NCBI RefSeq assembly: GCF_963921235.1
Contig: NC_086098.1
Location: 248,001 to 312,000, forward strand
Length of the DNA stretch: 64,000 bases
Source: Mobula hypostoma
Lineage: Eukaryota
Reading direction: 5' to 3'
Shown here: piece by piece, positions 12,678 to 24,341 of the stretch
How positions within the stretch are numbered: position 1 is the first letter of the stretch
Layout: each line of letters opens with the position of its first letter
Notes under the pieces: generated by a model
What the model was told of the DNA's origin: nothing
The model's database searches: none
Seen by the model: only the letters and a program-made list of their open reading frames with translations
Program-made: the position numbers and the translations under genes

Positions 12678-14883
12678 AAGGAAAATTTTTAATTGGGGAA
12701 AGGCAAATTATGAGGCTATAAGGCTAGAACTTGGGGGTGTGAATTGGGATGATGTTTTTGCAGGGAAATGTACTATGGACATGTTGTCGATGTTTCGAGA
12801 TTTCTTGCGGGATGTTAGGGATAAATTTGTCCCGGTGAGGAAGATAAAGAATGGTAGGGTGAAGGAACCATGGGTGACAAGTGAGGTGGAAAATCCAGTC
12901 AGGTGGAAGAAGGCAGCATACATGAGGATTAGGAAGCAAGGATCAGATGGGTCTCTTGAGGAATATGGGGAAGCAAGAAAGGAGCTTAAGAAGGGGCTGA
13001 GAAGAGCAAGAAGGGGGGCATGAGAAGGCCTTAGCGAGTTGGGTAAAGGAAAACCCCAAGGCATTCTTCAATTATGTGAAGAAAAAAAGGATGACAGGAG
13101 TGAAGGTAGGACCGATTAGAGATAAAGGTGGGAAGATGTGACTGGAGGCTGTGGAAGTGAGCGAGGTCCTCAATGAATACTTCTCTTCGGTATTCACCAA
13201 TGAGAGGGAACTTGATGATGGTGAGGACAATATAAGTGAGGTTGATGTTCTGGAGCATGTTGATATTAAGGGAGAGGAGGTGTTGGAGTTGTTAAAATAC
13301 ATTAGGACAGATAAGTCCCCGGGGCCTGACGGAATATTCCCCAGGCTGCTCCATGAGGCAAGAGAAGAGATTGCTGAGCCTCTGGCTAGGATCTTTATGT
13401 CCTCGTTGTCCACGGGAATGGTACCGGAGGATTGGAGGGAGGCAAATGTTGTCCACTTGTTCAAAAAAGGTAGTAGGGATAGTCTGGGTAATTATAGACC
13501 AGTGAGCCTTACGTCTGTGGTGGGAAAGCTGTTGGAAAAGCTGTTGGAAAAGATTCTTAGAGGTAGGATCTATAGGCATTTAGAGAATCATGGTCTGATC
13601 AGGGACAGTCAGCATGGCTTTGTGAAGGGCAGATCGTGTCTAACAAGCCTGATGGAGTTCTTTGAGGAGGTGACCAGGCATATAGATGAGGGTAGTGCAG
13701 CGGATGTGATCTATATGGATTTTAGTAAGGCATTTGACAAGGTTCCACATGGTAGGCTTATTCAGAAAGTTAGAAGGCATGGGATCCAGGGAAGTTTGGC
13801 CAGGTGGATTCAGAATTGGCTTGCCTGCAGAAGGCAGAGGGTGGTGGTGGAGGGAGTACATTCAGATTGGAGGATTGTGACTAGTGGTGTCCCACAAGGA
13901 TCTGTTCTGGGACCTCTACTTTTTGTGATTTTTATTAACGACCTGGATGTTGGGGTAGAAGGGGGGGGTTGGCAAGTTTGCAGACCACACAAAGGTTGGT
14001 GGTGTTGTAGATAGTGTTGAGGATTGTCAAAGATTGCAGAGAGACATTGATAGGATGCAGGAGTGGGCTGAGAGGTGGCAGGTAGAGTTCAACCTGGAGA
14101 AGTGTGAGGTGGTACACTTTGGAAGGACAAACTCCGAGGCAGAGTACAAAGTAAATGGCAGGATACTTGGTAGTGTGGAGGAGCAGTGGGATCTCGGGGT
14201 ACATGTGCACAGATCCCTGAAAGTTGCCTCACAGGTAGATAGGGTAGTTAAGAAAGTTTATGGGGTGTTAGCTTTCATAAGTCGAGGGATAGAGTTTAAG
14301 AGTCGCGATGTAATGATGCAGCTCTATAAAACTCTGGTTAGGCCACACTTGGAGTACTGTGTCCAGTTCTGATCACCTCACTATAGGAAGAATGTGGAAG
14401 CATTGGAAAGGGTACAGAGGAGACTTACCAGGATGCTGCCTGGTTCAGAGAGTATGCATTATGATCAGAGATTAAGGGAGCTAGGGCTTTACTCTTTGGA
14501 GAGAAGGAGGATGAGAGGAGACATGATAGAGGTGTACAAGATAATAAGAGGAATAGACAGAGTGGATAGCCAGCGCCTCTTCCCCAGGGCACCACTGCTC
14601 AATACAAGAGGACATGGGTTTAAGGTAAGGGGTGGGAAGTTCAAGGGGGATATTAGAGGAAGGTTTTTTACTCAGAGAGTGGTTGGTGCATGGAATGCAC
14701 TGCCTGAGTCAGTGGTGGAGGCAGATACACTAGTGAAGTTTAAGAGAGTACTAGACAGGTATATGGAGGAATTTAAGGTAGGGGCTTATATGGGAGGCAG
14801 GGTTTGAGGGTCGGCACAACATTGTGGGCCAAAGGGCCTGTACTGTGCTGTACTATTCTATGTTCTATGTTCTATATGTTCTA
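12678..14883 (+). mobile_element. CR1 lineage A copy A2, 5'-truncated
   Basis: RT ORF 13151-14014, FADH motif, tail (TTCTATG)n. Confidence 0.92.
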
Positions 14884-15634
14884 TCTAGTCCTGTGCAATG
14901 AGACAGGTAAGATTAATGATCTTGTAGTCAGGGCTGCTCTTGGAAAGAGCGATCATAGTATGATTGAATTTCGCATTCAGATGGAGGATGAAATCGTTAG
15001 ATCTAAAACTAGTGTATTATGCTTCAACAAGGGAGACTACAATGGGATAAGGGAGGAATTGGCTAGTGTAGATTGGGAGCACAGGTTATTTGGTAGGACA
15101 ATTGAGGAACAGTGGAATACTTTCAAAGAGATTTTTCACAGTGCTCAACAGAAGTATATTCCAGTCAAAAGTAAGGACAGTGAGTGTGGGGAGAGCCAGC
15201 CTTGGATAACTAAGGAAATAAAAGATAGTATCAAATTAAAAGCTCATGTGTACAAAGTTGCAAAGAGTAGTGGGAGACTGGAGGATTGGGAAAACTTTAA
15301 AAAGCAACAGAGAACTTAACAAGAAATAAGGAAAGGGAAGATAGAGTATGAAAGTCAATTAGCAGCAAATATAAAAACAGATGGCAAAAGTTTTTATCAA
15401 TATATAAAATGGAAGAGGGTGGCTGAAGTCAGCACAGGTCCCTTAGATGACGAGAAGGGGAAATTGATATTGGGTGATAAGGAAATGGCTGAGGCTTTGA
15501 ACGACTATTTTGTGTCGGTCTTCACAGTGGAGGATACATCTAGTATGCCAAAGAAAGATGTTATGGATGAAATGGGTGGTGAGGACCTCGATAAAATCAC
15601 AGTCACTAAAGAGATAGTGATGAGCAAACTAGAG

Positions 15635-16811
15635 CAGCGGTCCCCAACCACCGGGCTGCAAAGCATGCGCTACCGGGCTGCGAGGAAATGATATGAGTCA
15701 GCTGCACCTTTCCTCATTCTCTGTCACGCGCACTGTTGAGCTTGAACGCACGCGCGGTCATTACGCACGTGTCATCCATATCAGCGCAGGCAGGAGATCA
15801 ACTCCTCGAGCTTGCAACTGACGGCGGACTGAGAAGTATGTTTGATATAACATCTCTGCCGGCATCGCGGATCAAAGTCAAGGCTGAATATCCTGAGATA
15901 GCCATGAAAACACTGAAAATGTTGCTTCCATTTCCAACATATCTCTGCAATGAATGCAACGAAAACTAAATTGCGGAATAGACTGAACATAAGGAACCCC
16001 CTTCGAGTATCGCTGTCTCCCATCACCCCTCGATGAGACTGTCTTGCTGCAGGAAAACAAGCCCAGGGTTCCCAATGATTCAGCGATATTGGTGTGTTGT
16101 AATGATTTTATATGTTCATACAGGGAAAATATGTGCTGTGTGTTTCATATCCAAATGTTACTTAAAATGTTATGATGCTATTGACTTATATAACCATATA
16201 ACAATTACAGCATGGAAATGGGCCATTTCTGCCCTTCTAGTCCGTTTTGATCGCTACTCTCACCTAGTCCCACCGATCTGCACTCAGCCCATAACCCTCC
16301 ATTCCTTTCCTGTCCATATACCTATCCAATTTTTCTTTAAATGATAATATTGAACCTGCCTCCACTACTTCTACTGGAAGTTTGTTCAACAATTACTTCA
16401 AGCTCCCCTGTCCTCCCCTGTTAATTGACTTATCACTATATTCATGCGAGGAAAATATGCGCTGTGTGTTTAATATTAAATTAGTTAGATAAACCCTTTT
16501 AGAAACGAAATTGAGTGTATTATCCACTTATCGCCTATATTCCGGTCGTGATTAACAACCCCCACCCCCCGAACAGAATCACTAAAAAAGATTTGTAGAA
16601 AAAAAATCGGCACGTACACGCATGCGCACTGGTGCCCGCGCAAGGCTTCATGGTCATTGTAGTGTTTCTCAGGGTAAACCCAACGTATTTGACTGCTGCT
16701 CTTGTCCGTTGGCAGCCCTACCCCCTCCCCCCCCCCCCCCGGTTGGCCGGTCTGCAAGAATATTGTCAATATTAAACCGATCCGCAATGCAAAAAAGGTT
16801 GGGGACCCCTG
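15635..16811 (+). mobile_element. Non-autonomous hAT DNA transposon (Charlie/Buster-type)
   Basis: 15-bp TIRs CAGCGGTCCCCAACC / GGTTGGGGACCCCTG (14/15 match). 8-bp TSD AACTAGAG/ATCTAGAG. Transposase C-terminal remnant EYPEIA..LLPFPTYLC..KTKLRNRL at ~15790-16075. Confidence 0.92.
16190..16388 (-). mobile_element. CR1 3'-end fragment inside the hAT element
   Basis: Resembles the lineage C 3' UTR (CTAGTCCCACCGA.CTGCAC). On the minus strand the tail reads TGTAATTGTTATATGGTTAT. Confidence 0.7.
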
Positions 16812-16840
16812 ATCTAGAGGGGCTGAAGGTAGATAAGTCC

Positions 16841-17294
16841 TACCTTCTTTATAGGGCCTCTGCCCTTTCCCTCTTCAGTCCTGACGAAGGGTTCCGGCCC
16901 GAAACGTTGACTGATCGTTTCCACAGATGTTGCCTGACCTGCTGAGTTCCTCCAGCGTGTTGTGAGTGTTGCTTTGATCCCAGCATCTGCAGAGTATTTT
17001 GTGCTTACGATTCGCTACTCCGCTGCAAAGCCTCTTCGATGTATGCCTACCCTGAAGAAGTTTAAATCTTCCCTTCAACTGGAGTTCAGTGAGATCCTCT
17101 TTCACTGCTCCCCCTCTGTGATCTCCGCCTCTCTTCGACTCCTTCTCCTTCCCACCCTCCCCCCACCATCTTTATAGGGTCTCTGCCCCTTCCCTCTTCC
17201 GTCCTGATGAAGGGTTACAGCCTAAAACATTGACTGATCGTTTCCATGGATGCTGCCCGACCTGCTAAGTTCCTCCAGCGTGTTGTGAGTGTTC
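16841..17294 (+). mobile_element. Penelope-like partial tandem terminal repeat (two units 323 bp apart)
   Basis: Two copies of CTTTATAGGG..CTCTTC.GTCCTGAYGAAGGG..GACTGATCGTTTCCA..GAGTGTT, inserted cleanly into the CR1 DKS|PGPDG codons. Confidence 0.75.
16876..16913 (+). ncRNA. Minimal type I hammerhead ribozyme
   Basis: Helix I CAGUC/GACUG, core CUGACGA(A), helix II GGGU-UCCG-GCCC, then GAAA. Helix III is reduced to the palindrome ACGU. Predicted cleavage after GUU at 16908. Confidence 0.75.
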
Positions 17295-19049
17295 CCTTGG
17301 TCCTGATGGGATGCATCCCAGGGTGCTGAAGGAATTGGCGGAGGTTACAGTAGACGCGTTGGTAATCATTTATCAAAACTCTCGACTTTGGGTAGGTCCC
17401 GGTGGATTGGAAGACAGCAAATGTCAAGCCACTTTTTAAAAAAGGGTGTAAGCAAAAGACGGGCAACTATAGGCCAGTTCGCTTAACATCTGTAGTCGGG
17501 AAAATGCTTGAAGCTGTCATTAAGGAAGAAATAGCGAAACATTTAGAAAGGAGTGGTTCCATTATACAGACGCAGCATAGATTCAGAATGGGCAGGTCCT
17601 GTTTGACAAACTTACTGGAGTACTTCGAGGACATAATGAGTGCAGTGGATAGAGGGGAAACGGGTGGATGTCCTATACGTGGATTTCCAGAAGGCGTTTG
17701 ATAAGGTGCCGCACAAGAGACTTATAAATAAGATATGGATGCATGGAGTCAGAGGAAGTGTATTGGCATGGATAGTGGATTGGTTAACTGATAGAAAGCA
17801 GAGAGTTGGTATAAATGGGTTTTTCTCCGGTTGGCAATCAGTGGTGAGTGGGGTGCAGCAGGAGTCGGTGCTAGGCCCACAGCTGTTTACCATTTACATT
17901 GATGATTTGGAAGAGGGGACTGAGTGTAGCGTAGCAAAATTTGCTGATAACACTAAACTGAGTGGAAAAACAAATTGTACAGAGGATGTGGAGAGTCTGT
18001 AGAGGGATATAGATAGGTTAAGTGATTGGGCCAAGTTCTAGCAGATGAAATACAAATTTGGTAAATGCGGGATCATCCACTTTGGAAGGAATAATAGAGG
18101 AGCAGATTATTATTTAAATGGTGAAAGATTGCAGCATTCTGTTGTGCAGAGGGACTTGGGAGTGCTTATGTATGAATCACAAAAAGTTGGCTTGCAGGCA
18201 CAATAGGTTATTAAGAAGGCAAACGGAATGTTGGCCTTCATTGCTGGAGGGATTGAATTCAAGAGCAGGGAGGTCATGCTGTAACTATACAGGGTACTGG
18301 TGAGGCCGCACCTGGAGTACTGTGTGCAGTTCTGGTCTCCATACTTGAGGAAGGATATACTGGCTTTGGAGACTGTGTAGAGGAGGTTCACCAGGTTGAT
18401 TCCAGGGATGAAGGGGTTAACCTATGAGGAGAGATTGAGCTGCCTGTGACTATACTCTCTGGAGTTCAGAAGAATGAGAGGGAGGGGATCTTATAGAAAC
18501 ATACAAAATTTTGAAAGGGATAGATAAGATAGAAGTAGGAAAGTTGTTTCTATTGGTAGGTGAGACTAGAACTAGGGGGCATTGCCTCAAGATTCAAGGG
18601 AGAAGATTTAGGACGGAGATGAGGAGAAATTGTTTTTCCCACAGAGTGGTGAATCTGTGGAATTCTCTGCCCAGGGAAGCAGCTGAGGCTTCCTCACTAT
18701 AGATATTTAAGAAACAGTTAGATAGGTTTTTACATAGTAAGGGAATTAAGGTTTTTGGGAAAAAGGCAGGCAGATGGATCTGAGGTTACAGACAGATCAG
18801 CCATGATCTTATTGAATGGTGGGGCAGTTTTGAGGGGCTGGATGGCCTATTCCTGCTCCATTTTCTTATGTTCTTATGTTATGTTCTAAAAGAAAAGCTT
18901 ACAAAAGGTTAAAAAAACTAGGTAATGATAAAGATGAAAGTGGCCAGTGCGTGAGTGGGCCAGTGAAGGAGTGGAGCTTTGAGGCTTTGACTCGAGAGGC
19001 TTCAACGAGAAGAGGCGGAGGGCGAGCTTGTTCCCAGTTAGTTTTTACA

Positions 19050-19991
19050 ATGTCTCCTGAGATGATGATGTGCCTCTCATGTGAGATGTGGCAGTCTTGG
19101 GGGAACTCCCCTCTCCCGCAGAGTCACATCTGCCAGAAGTGCATACGGCTGGGCGATCTGGAAGACCACATAAGGAATCTGGAGCAGCAGCTGGATGACC
19201 TTCGACTCATAAGGGAGAATGAGGCAGTCATAGATGAGAGCTACAGGGAGGTAGTCACACCTAGGCTGTCGGAAGCAGGTGGTTGGGTGACAGTCAGAGG
19301 GGGGAAAGCGAAGGTGAGCAGACAGGTAGTGTACAGCACCCCTGTAGCCATTCCCCTGAATAATAAGTTTACCATCCTGGATACTGTTGGCGGGGGCGAC
19401 CGACCAGGTGTGAGCCACGGTGGCAGGGCCTCCGGCACTGAGTCTGACCCTGTGGTGCAGAATGGCGGGACGGAGAAGAGGAGAGCTGTCGTCATTGGAG
19501 ACTCTATAATTAGGGGAACAGACAGGAGATTTTGTGGACGTGAGAAGGCCATCCGCATAGTTTGTTGCCTCCCGGGTGCCAGGGTCCGGGATGTCTCTGA
19601 CCGGGTGCATGACATCCTGGTACGAGAGTGAAAGCAACCAGAAGTCGTGATACATGTTGGGACCAATGACATAGGCAGGAAGAGGGATGAGGTCCTGAAG
19701 TGTGAGTTTCAGGAACTAGGCAGAAGGCTGAAGAACAAGACCTTAAGGGTGGTGTTCTCAGGATTGCTGCCAGTGTGACGTGACAGTGATGGTAAGAATT
19801 GGAGGAAATGGCAGTTGAATGCGTGGCTGAGGAGTTGGTGCAGGGAGCAGGGTTTTAGATTTTTAGATCATTGGGATCTCTTCTGGGGAGGGTGGGACCT
19901 GTAGAGATTGGATGGGTTGCACCTGAACTCGAGGGGGAGAAATATTCTTGCTGGTAGGTTTGCTAGCATGGTTCGGGAGGGTTTAAACTAA
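19050..19991 (+). pseudogene. CR1 ORF1 of A3 (CxxC..CxxC finger, leucine zipper, SGNH esterase), with in-frame stops
   Basis: MSPEMMMCLSC..ICQKC, LEQQLDDL, VIGDSI, GTND, DGLHLN. Same frame from ATG 19050 to TAA 19991. Confidence 0.88.
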
Positions 19992-22915
19992 TTTGCAAGG
20001 GGGATGGGACTCAGAGCAATAGAGCAGTGAAAGAAGTGCATGGAGTAAAGCTAGATCTAACATATAGAGAGGCTTTGAGGAAAGAGAAGCAGAATAAACG
20101 GTGTAAAGACAGGAAGGTAGAAGGGCTGAAATGTGAGTACCTCAATGCAAGAAGCATCAGGAACAAAGGTGATGAACTGAGAGCTTGGATACATACATGG
20201 AATTATGATGTAGCGGCCATTACAGAGATTTGGCTGGTACCAGGGCAGGAATGGATTCTCCATATTCCTGGATTTCAGTGCTTAAAAAGGGATAGGGAGG
20301 GCAGAAAAAGGGGAGGAAGGGTGGCATTACTGGTCAGGGATACTATTACAGCTACAGAAAGGGTGGGTAATGTAGCAGGATCCTCTTTTGAGTCAATATG
20401 GGTGGAAGTCAGGAACAGGAAGGGAGTAGTTACTCTATTGGGGGTATTCTATAGGCCCCCTGGTAGCAGCAGAGATACAGAGGAGCAGATTGGGAGGCAG
20501 ATTTTGGAAAGGTGCAGAAATAACAAGGTTGTTATCATGGGTGACTTTAACTTCCCTAATATTGATTGGCAGCTGATTAGTTCCAAGGGTTTAGATGGGG
20601 CAGAGTTTGTTAAGTGTGTCCAGGACGGATTCCTGTCACAGTACGTGGAAAGGCCGACCGGCGGAATGCCATACTAGATCTAGTACTAGGTAATGAACTG
20701 GGTCAGGTCACAGATCTCTCAGTGTGTGAGCATCTGGGGGACAGTGACCACCGCTCCCTGGCCTTCAGCATTATCATTGAAAAGGAGAGAATCAGAGAGC
20801 ACAGGAAAATTTTTAATTGGAGAAAGGCAAATTATGAGGCTATAAGTCTAGAACTTGTGGGTGTGAATTGGGATGATGTTTTTGCAGGGAAATGTACTAT
20901 GGACATGTGGTCGATGTTTAGAGATCTCTTGCAGGATGTTAGGGATAAATTTGTCCCGGTGAGGAAGATAAAGAATGGTAGGGTGAAGGAACCATGGGTG
21001 ACAAGTGAAGTGGAAAATCTAGTCAGGTGGAAGAAGGCAGCATACATGAGGTTTAGGAAGCAAGGATCAGATGGGTCTATTGAGGAATATAGGGAAGCAA
21101 GAAAGGAGCTTAAGAAGGGGCTGAGAAGAGCAAAAAGGGGGCATGAGAAGGCCTTGGCGAGTAGGGTAAAGGAAAACCCCAAGGCATTCTTCAATTATGT
21201 GAAGAAAAAAAGGATGATAGGAGTGAAGGTAGGACCAATTACAGATAAAGGTGGGAAAATGTGCCTGGAGGCTGTGGAAGTGAGCGAGGTCCTCAATGAA
21301 TACTTCTCTTCGGTATTCACCAATGAGAGGGAACTTGATGATGGTGAGGACAATATGAGTGAGGTTGATGTTCTCGAGCATTTTGATATTAAGGAAGAGG
21401 AGGTGTTGGAGTTGTTAAAATACATTAGGACAGATAAGTCCCCGGGGCCTGATGGAATATTCCCCAGGCTGCTCCACGAGGCGAGGGAAGAGATTGCTGA
21501 GCCTCTGGCTAGGATCTTTATGTCCTCATTGTCCACGGGAATGGTACCGGAGGATTGGAGGGAGGCAAATTTTGTCCCCTTGTTCAAAAAGGTAGTAGGG
21601 ATAGTCCGGGTAATTATAGACCAGTGAGTCTTACGTCTGTGGTGGGAAAGCTGTTGGAAAAGATTCTTAGAGGTAGGATCTATAGGCATTTAGAGAATCA
21701 TGGTCTGATCAGGGACAGTCAGCATGCCTTTGTGAAGGGCAGATCGTGTCTAACAAGCCTGATAGAGTTCTTTGAGGAGGTGACCAGGCATATAGATGAG
21801 GGTAGTGCAGTGGATGTGATCTATATGGATTTTAGTAAGGCATTTGACAAGGTTCCACACGGTAGGCTTATTCAGAAAGTTAGAAGGCATGGGATCCAGG
21901 GAAGTTTGGCCAGGTGGATTCAGAATTGGCTTGCCTGCAGAAGGCAGAGGGTGGTGGTGGAGGGAGTACATTCAGATTGGAGGATTGTGACTAGTGGTGC
22001 CCACAAGGTTCTGTTCTGGGACCACTACTTTTCGTGATTTTTATTAACGACCTGGATGTGGGGGTAGAAGGGTGAGTTGGCAAGTTTGCAGACGACAGAA
22101 AGGTTGGTGGTGTTGTAGATAGTGTAGAGGATTGTCAAAGATTGCAGAGAGACATTGATAGGATGCAGAAGTGGGCTGAGAAGTGGCAGATGGAGTTCAA
22201 CCCGGAGAAGTGTGAGGTGGTACACTTTGGAAGGACAAACTCCAAGGCAGAGTACAAAGTCAATGGCAAGATACTTGGTAGTGTGGAGGAGCAGAGGGAT
22301 CTCGGGGTACATGTCCACAGATCCCTGAAAGTTGCTTCACAGGTGTATAGGGTTGTTAAGAAAGCTTATGGGGTGTTAGCTTTCATAAATCGAGGGATAG
22401 AGTTTAAGAGTCGCAATGTAATGATACAGCTCTATAAAACTCTAGTTAGGCCACACTTGGAGTACTGTGTCCAGTTCTGGTCGCCTCACTATAGGAAGGA
22501 TGTGGAAGCATTGGAAAGGGTACAGAAGAGATTTACCAGGATGCTGCCTGGTTTAGAAAGTATGCATTATGATCAGAGATTAAGGGAGCTAGGGCTTTAC
22601 TCTTTGGAGAGGAGGAGGATGACAGGAGACATGTTAAAGGTGTACAAGATAATAAGAGGAATAGATAGAGTGGATAGCCAGCGCCTCTTCCCCAGGGCAC
22701 CACTGCTCAATACAAGAGGGCATAGCTTTAAGGTAAGGGGTGAGAAGTTCAAGGGGGTTATTAGAGGAAGGTTTTTTACTCAGAGAGTGGTTGGTGCGTG
22801 GAATGCACTGCCTGAGTCAGTGGTGGAGGCAGATACACTAGTGAAGTTTAAGAGACTACTAGACAGGTATATGGAGGAATCTAAGGTGGGGCTTATATGG
22901 GAGGCAGGGTTTGAG
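19982..22915 (+). pseudogene. CR1 ORF2 of A3 (APE + RT), frameshifted
   Basis: ORF pieces 20027-20677, 20614-21627, 21555-22037 and 22142-23005. Confidence 0.88.
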
Positions 22916-22986
22916 GGTTGGCATAATATTGTGGGCCGAAGGGCCTGTACTGTGCTGTACTATTCTATGTTCTATGTTCTATGTTC

Positions 22987-23270
22987 AAAGGGTGGTGAAT
23001 CATAGAATGCTCTGCCACAGACTACAGTGAAGGCCAAGTCCGTAGGTATATTTAAAGGAGTAGTTGATAGTCTCCTGATTGGTCAGTGCATCAAAGGATA
23101 TGGCGAGAAAGCGGGTGCATATGGTTGAGTGGGATCCGGGGTCAGATATGATGGAATAGCTGAGCAGACTCAATGGGCCGAATGGCCGAATTCTGCTCCT
23201 ATGGCTTGACCTTATAGAACATGGAATAGTACAGCACAGTACAGGCCCTGCAATGTGCTTATGGTCTTAT
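22987..23270 (+). mobile_element. Old CR1 3' fragment carrying a ~35-bp antisense lineage-A tail (~23214-23248)
   Basis: GGGCCGAATGGCC stem-loop. AGAACATGGAATAGTACAGCACAGTACAGGCCC is the reverse complement of the A tail. Confidence 0.7.
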
Positions 23271-23780
23271 AAAGCCAGTTTACAAAATGGAGGATGCAGA
23301 GCAGTTTTACAAACTGGCAGCCCTCATTCCTCCAACCTCATGGCAACAAAAACAATTGGTCTGTCTGCTTCCACTGTCCTTGATACATTCAAATTCACAG
23401 ACTGTAGATTATACTTCTTTCTGACCAACAGCAGAGATTTAACCAGTGACTAATCTGGACATCAGAAATTTGAGAGGAGGTTATTTTGCTCAGGTCCACT
23501 GCCAGAGTAGAAAAATGTAGCAGTGGTTCTCAGCAGCAGCATCAAAGTTTGACCAGTGATTAATCCAGACATTGCAAGTTTGACAGGAGGGGATTTCTCT
23601 TGGGTACACTGCCCATCTGGACAAAGGCAGCTGTGGGTCATGGAAGCGTAACTGAGTTCTGACCAGTTACCATTCGGCATTTGGGATTGATTAGCAAGAG
23701 CAAATTTAAGGAAGGTAGGGGCAAACACTGTGCCCATCATCACAGTGGCCTTCATCTGAGTTGGCAGAAAGGTGATCTTA

Positions 23781-24140
23781 AGGCTTTAACTCTTCGATGC
23801 TTCAGTGAAGAGAGTCTTCAGTCAAAGAAAGAGAAGCTTTAAGTTAACTTTTTCTTTCCTTCCCTTCCTTCTATCTTCTCAGCTAGGATAGTAGAGATGC
23901 CAGGCAGGATAGTTGAATGCTCTTTTTGCGGAATGTGGGAAAGCAGGGAGATCTCCAAGTAGATCCAGCTACAGTTTTCAGCAATAGGTATTAAGGAGTT
24001 GGAGCTGGAGCTGGATGAACTGAAGGGTTGATAGGACATAGTGAGAGGTAGTTACATCAAGGTGCAGGACACAGAAAACTGGGTGACAGTCAGGAAGGGG
24101 AAAGGGGTTAAGGAGCCAGTGCAGAGTACCCTTGTGGCCG
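23781..24140 (+). mobile_element. CR1 lineage H 5' UTR plus ORF1 N-terminus, cut by the Copia LTR
   Basis: MPGRIVECSFCGMWE, KELELELDEL, NWVTVRKGKG. Confidence 0.75.
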
Positions 24141-24314
24141 TGTTAATGCACAAGCAATAAAGACATATTTTTGTCTTTTGTTTAAACAACTTTACTTTCA
24201 GTGTCTCAGTTTCATCCCATAATTCCCTTCTCTCCTTCAGCATGCATATGCACAACAGGAAAAGTGTGCATGCCTACTAAATACTTACATAATGTAAATG
24301 AACAGAATTCAACA
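24141..24314 (-). mobile_element. 174-bp 3' LTR of a Ty1/Copia element, with PPT at 24315-24331
   Basis: The minus strand reads AAAAAAGGATGGGAGAT then TGTTGAAT...ATTAACA. It lies on the same strand as, and downstream of, the Copia pol fragments. Confidence 0.7.
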
Positions 24315-24341
24315 ATCTCCCATCCTTTTTTGTGTATATAG

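Larger units (their letters stand above)
12531..18887 (+). mobile_element. CR1 lineage F, 5'-truncated, interrupted by A2, the hAT element and a Penelope-like repeat
   Basis: Pieces 12531-12677, 14884-15634, 16812-16840 and 17295-18887 rejoin (TIFD|LVLCNE, KLE|GLKVDKS|.GPDG). Tail TTCTTATG repeats. Confidence 0.85.
11372..18935 (+). mobile_element. CR1 lineage D copy D2 (pieces 11372-12530 and 18888-18935), host of the F insertion
   Basis: ORF1 end at 11493 and APE ORF 11659-12300. ENLVKK|KRKAYKRLKKLG rejoins across the insert. Confidence 0.8.
18936..22986 (+). mobile_element. Near full-length CR1 lineage A copy A3
   Basis: 5' UTR, ORF1, ORF2 with frameshifts, 3' stem-loop and (TTCTATG)3 tail. 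Confidence 0.95.

Noticed and set aside
13527..13552. 12-bp tandem duplication giving KLLEKLLEK
   Set aside because: Copy-specific slippage in a dead element.
18876..19631. 251-aa ORF with an extended N-terminus
   Set aside because: Read-through of the F tail, a D fragment and the A 5' UTR. The likely ORF1 start is ATG 19050.
23462..23755. 97-aa minus-strand ORF as a host exon
   Set aside because: No recognisable motif or supporting gene structure.
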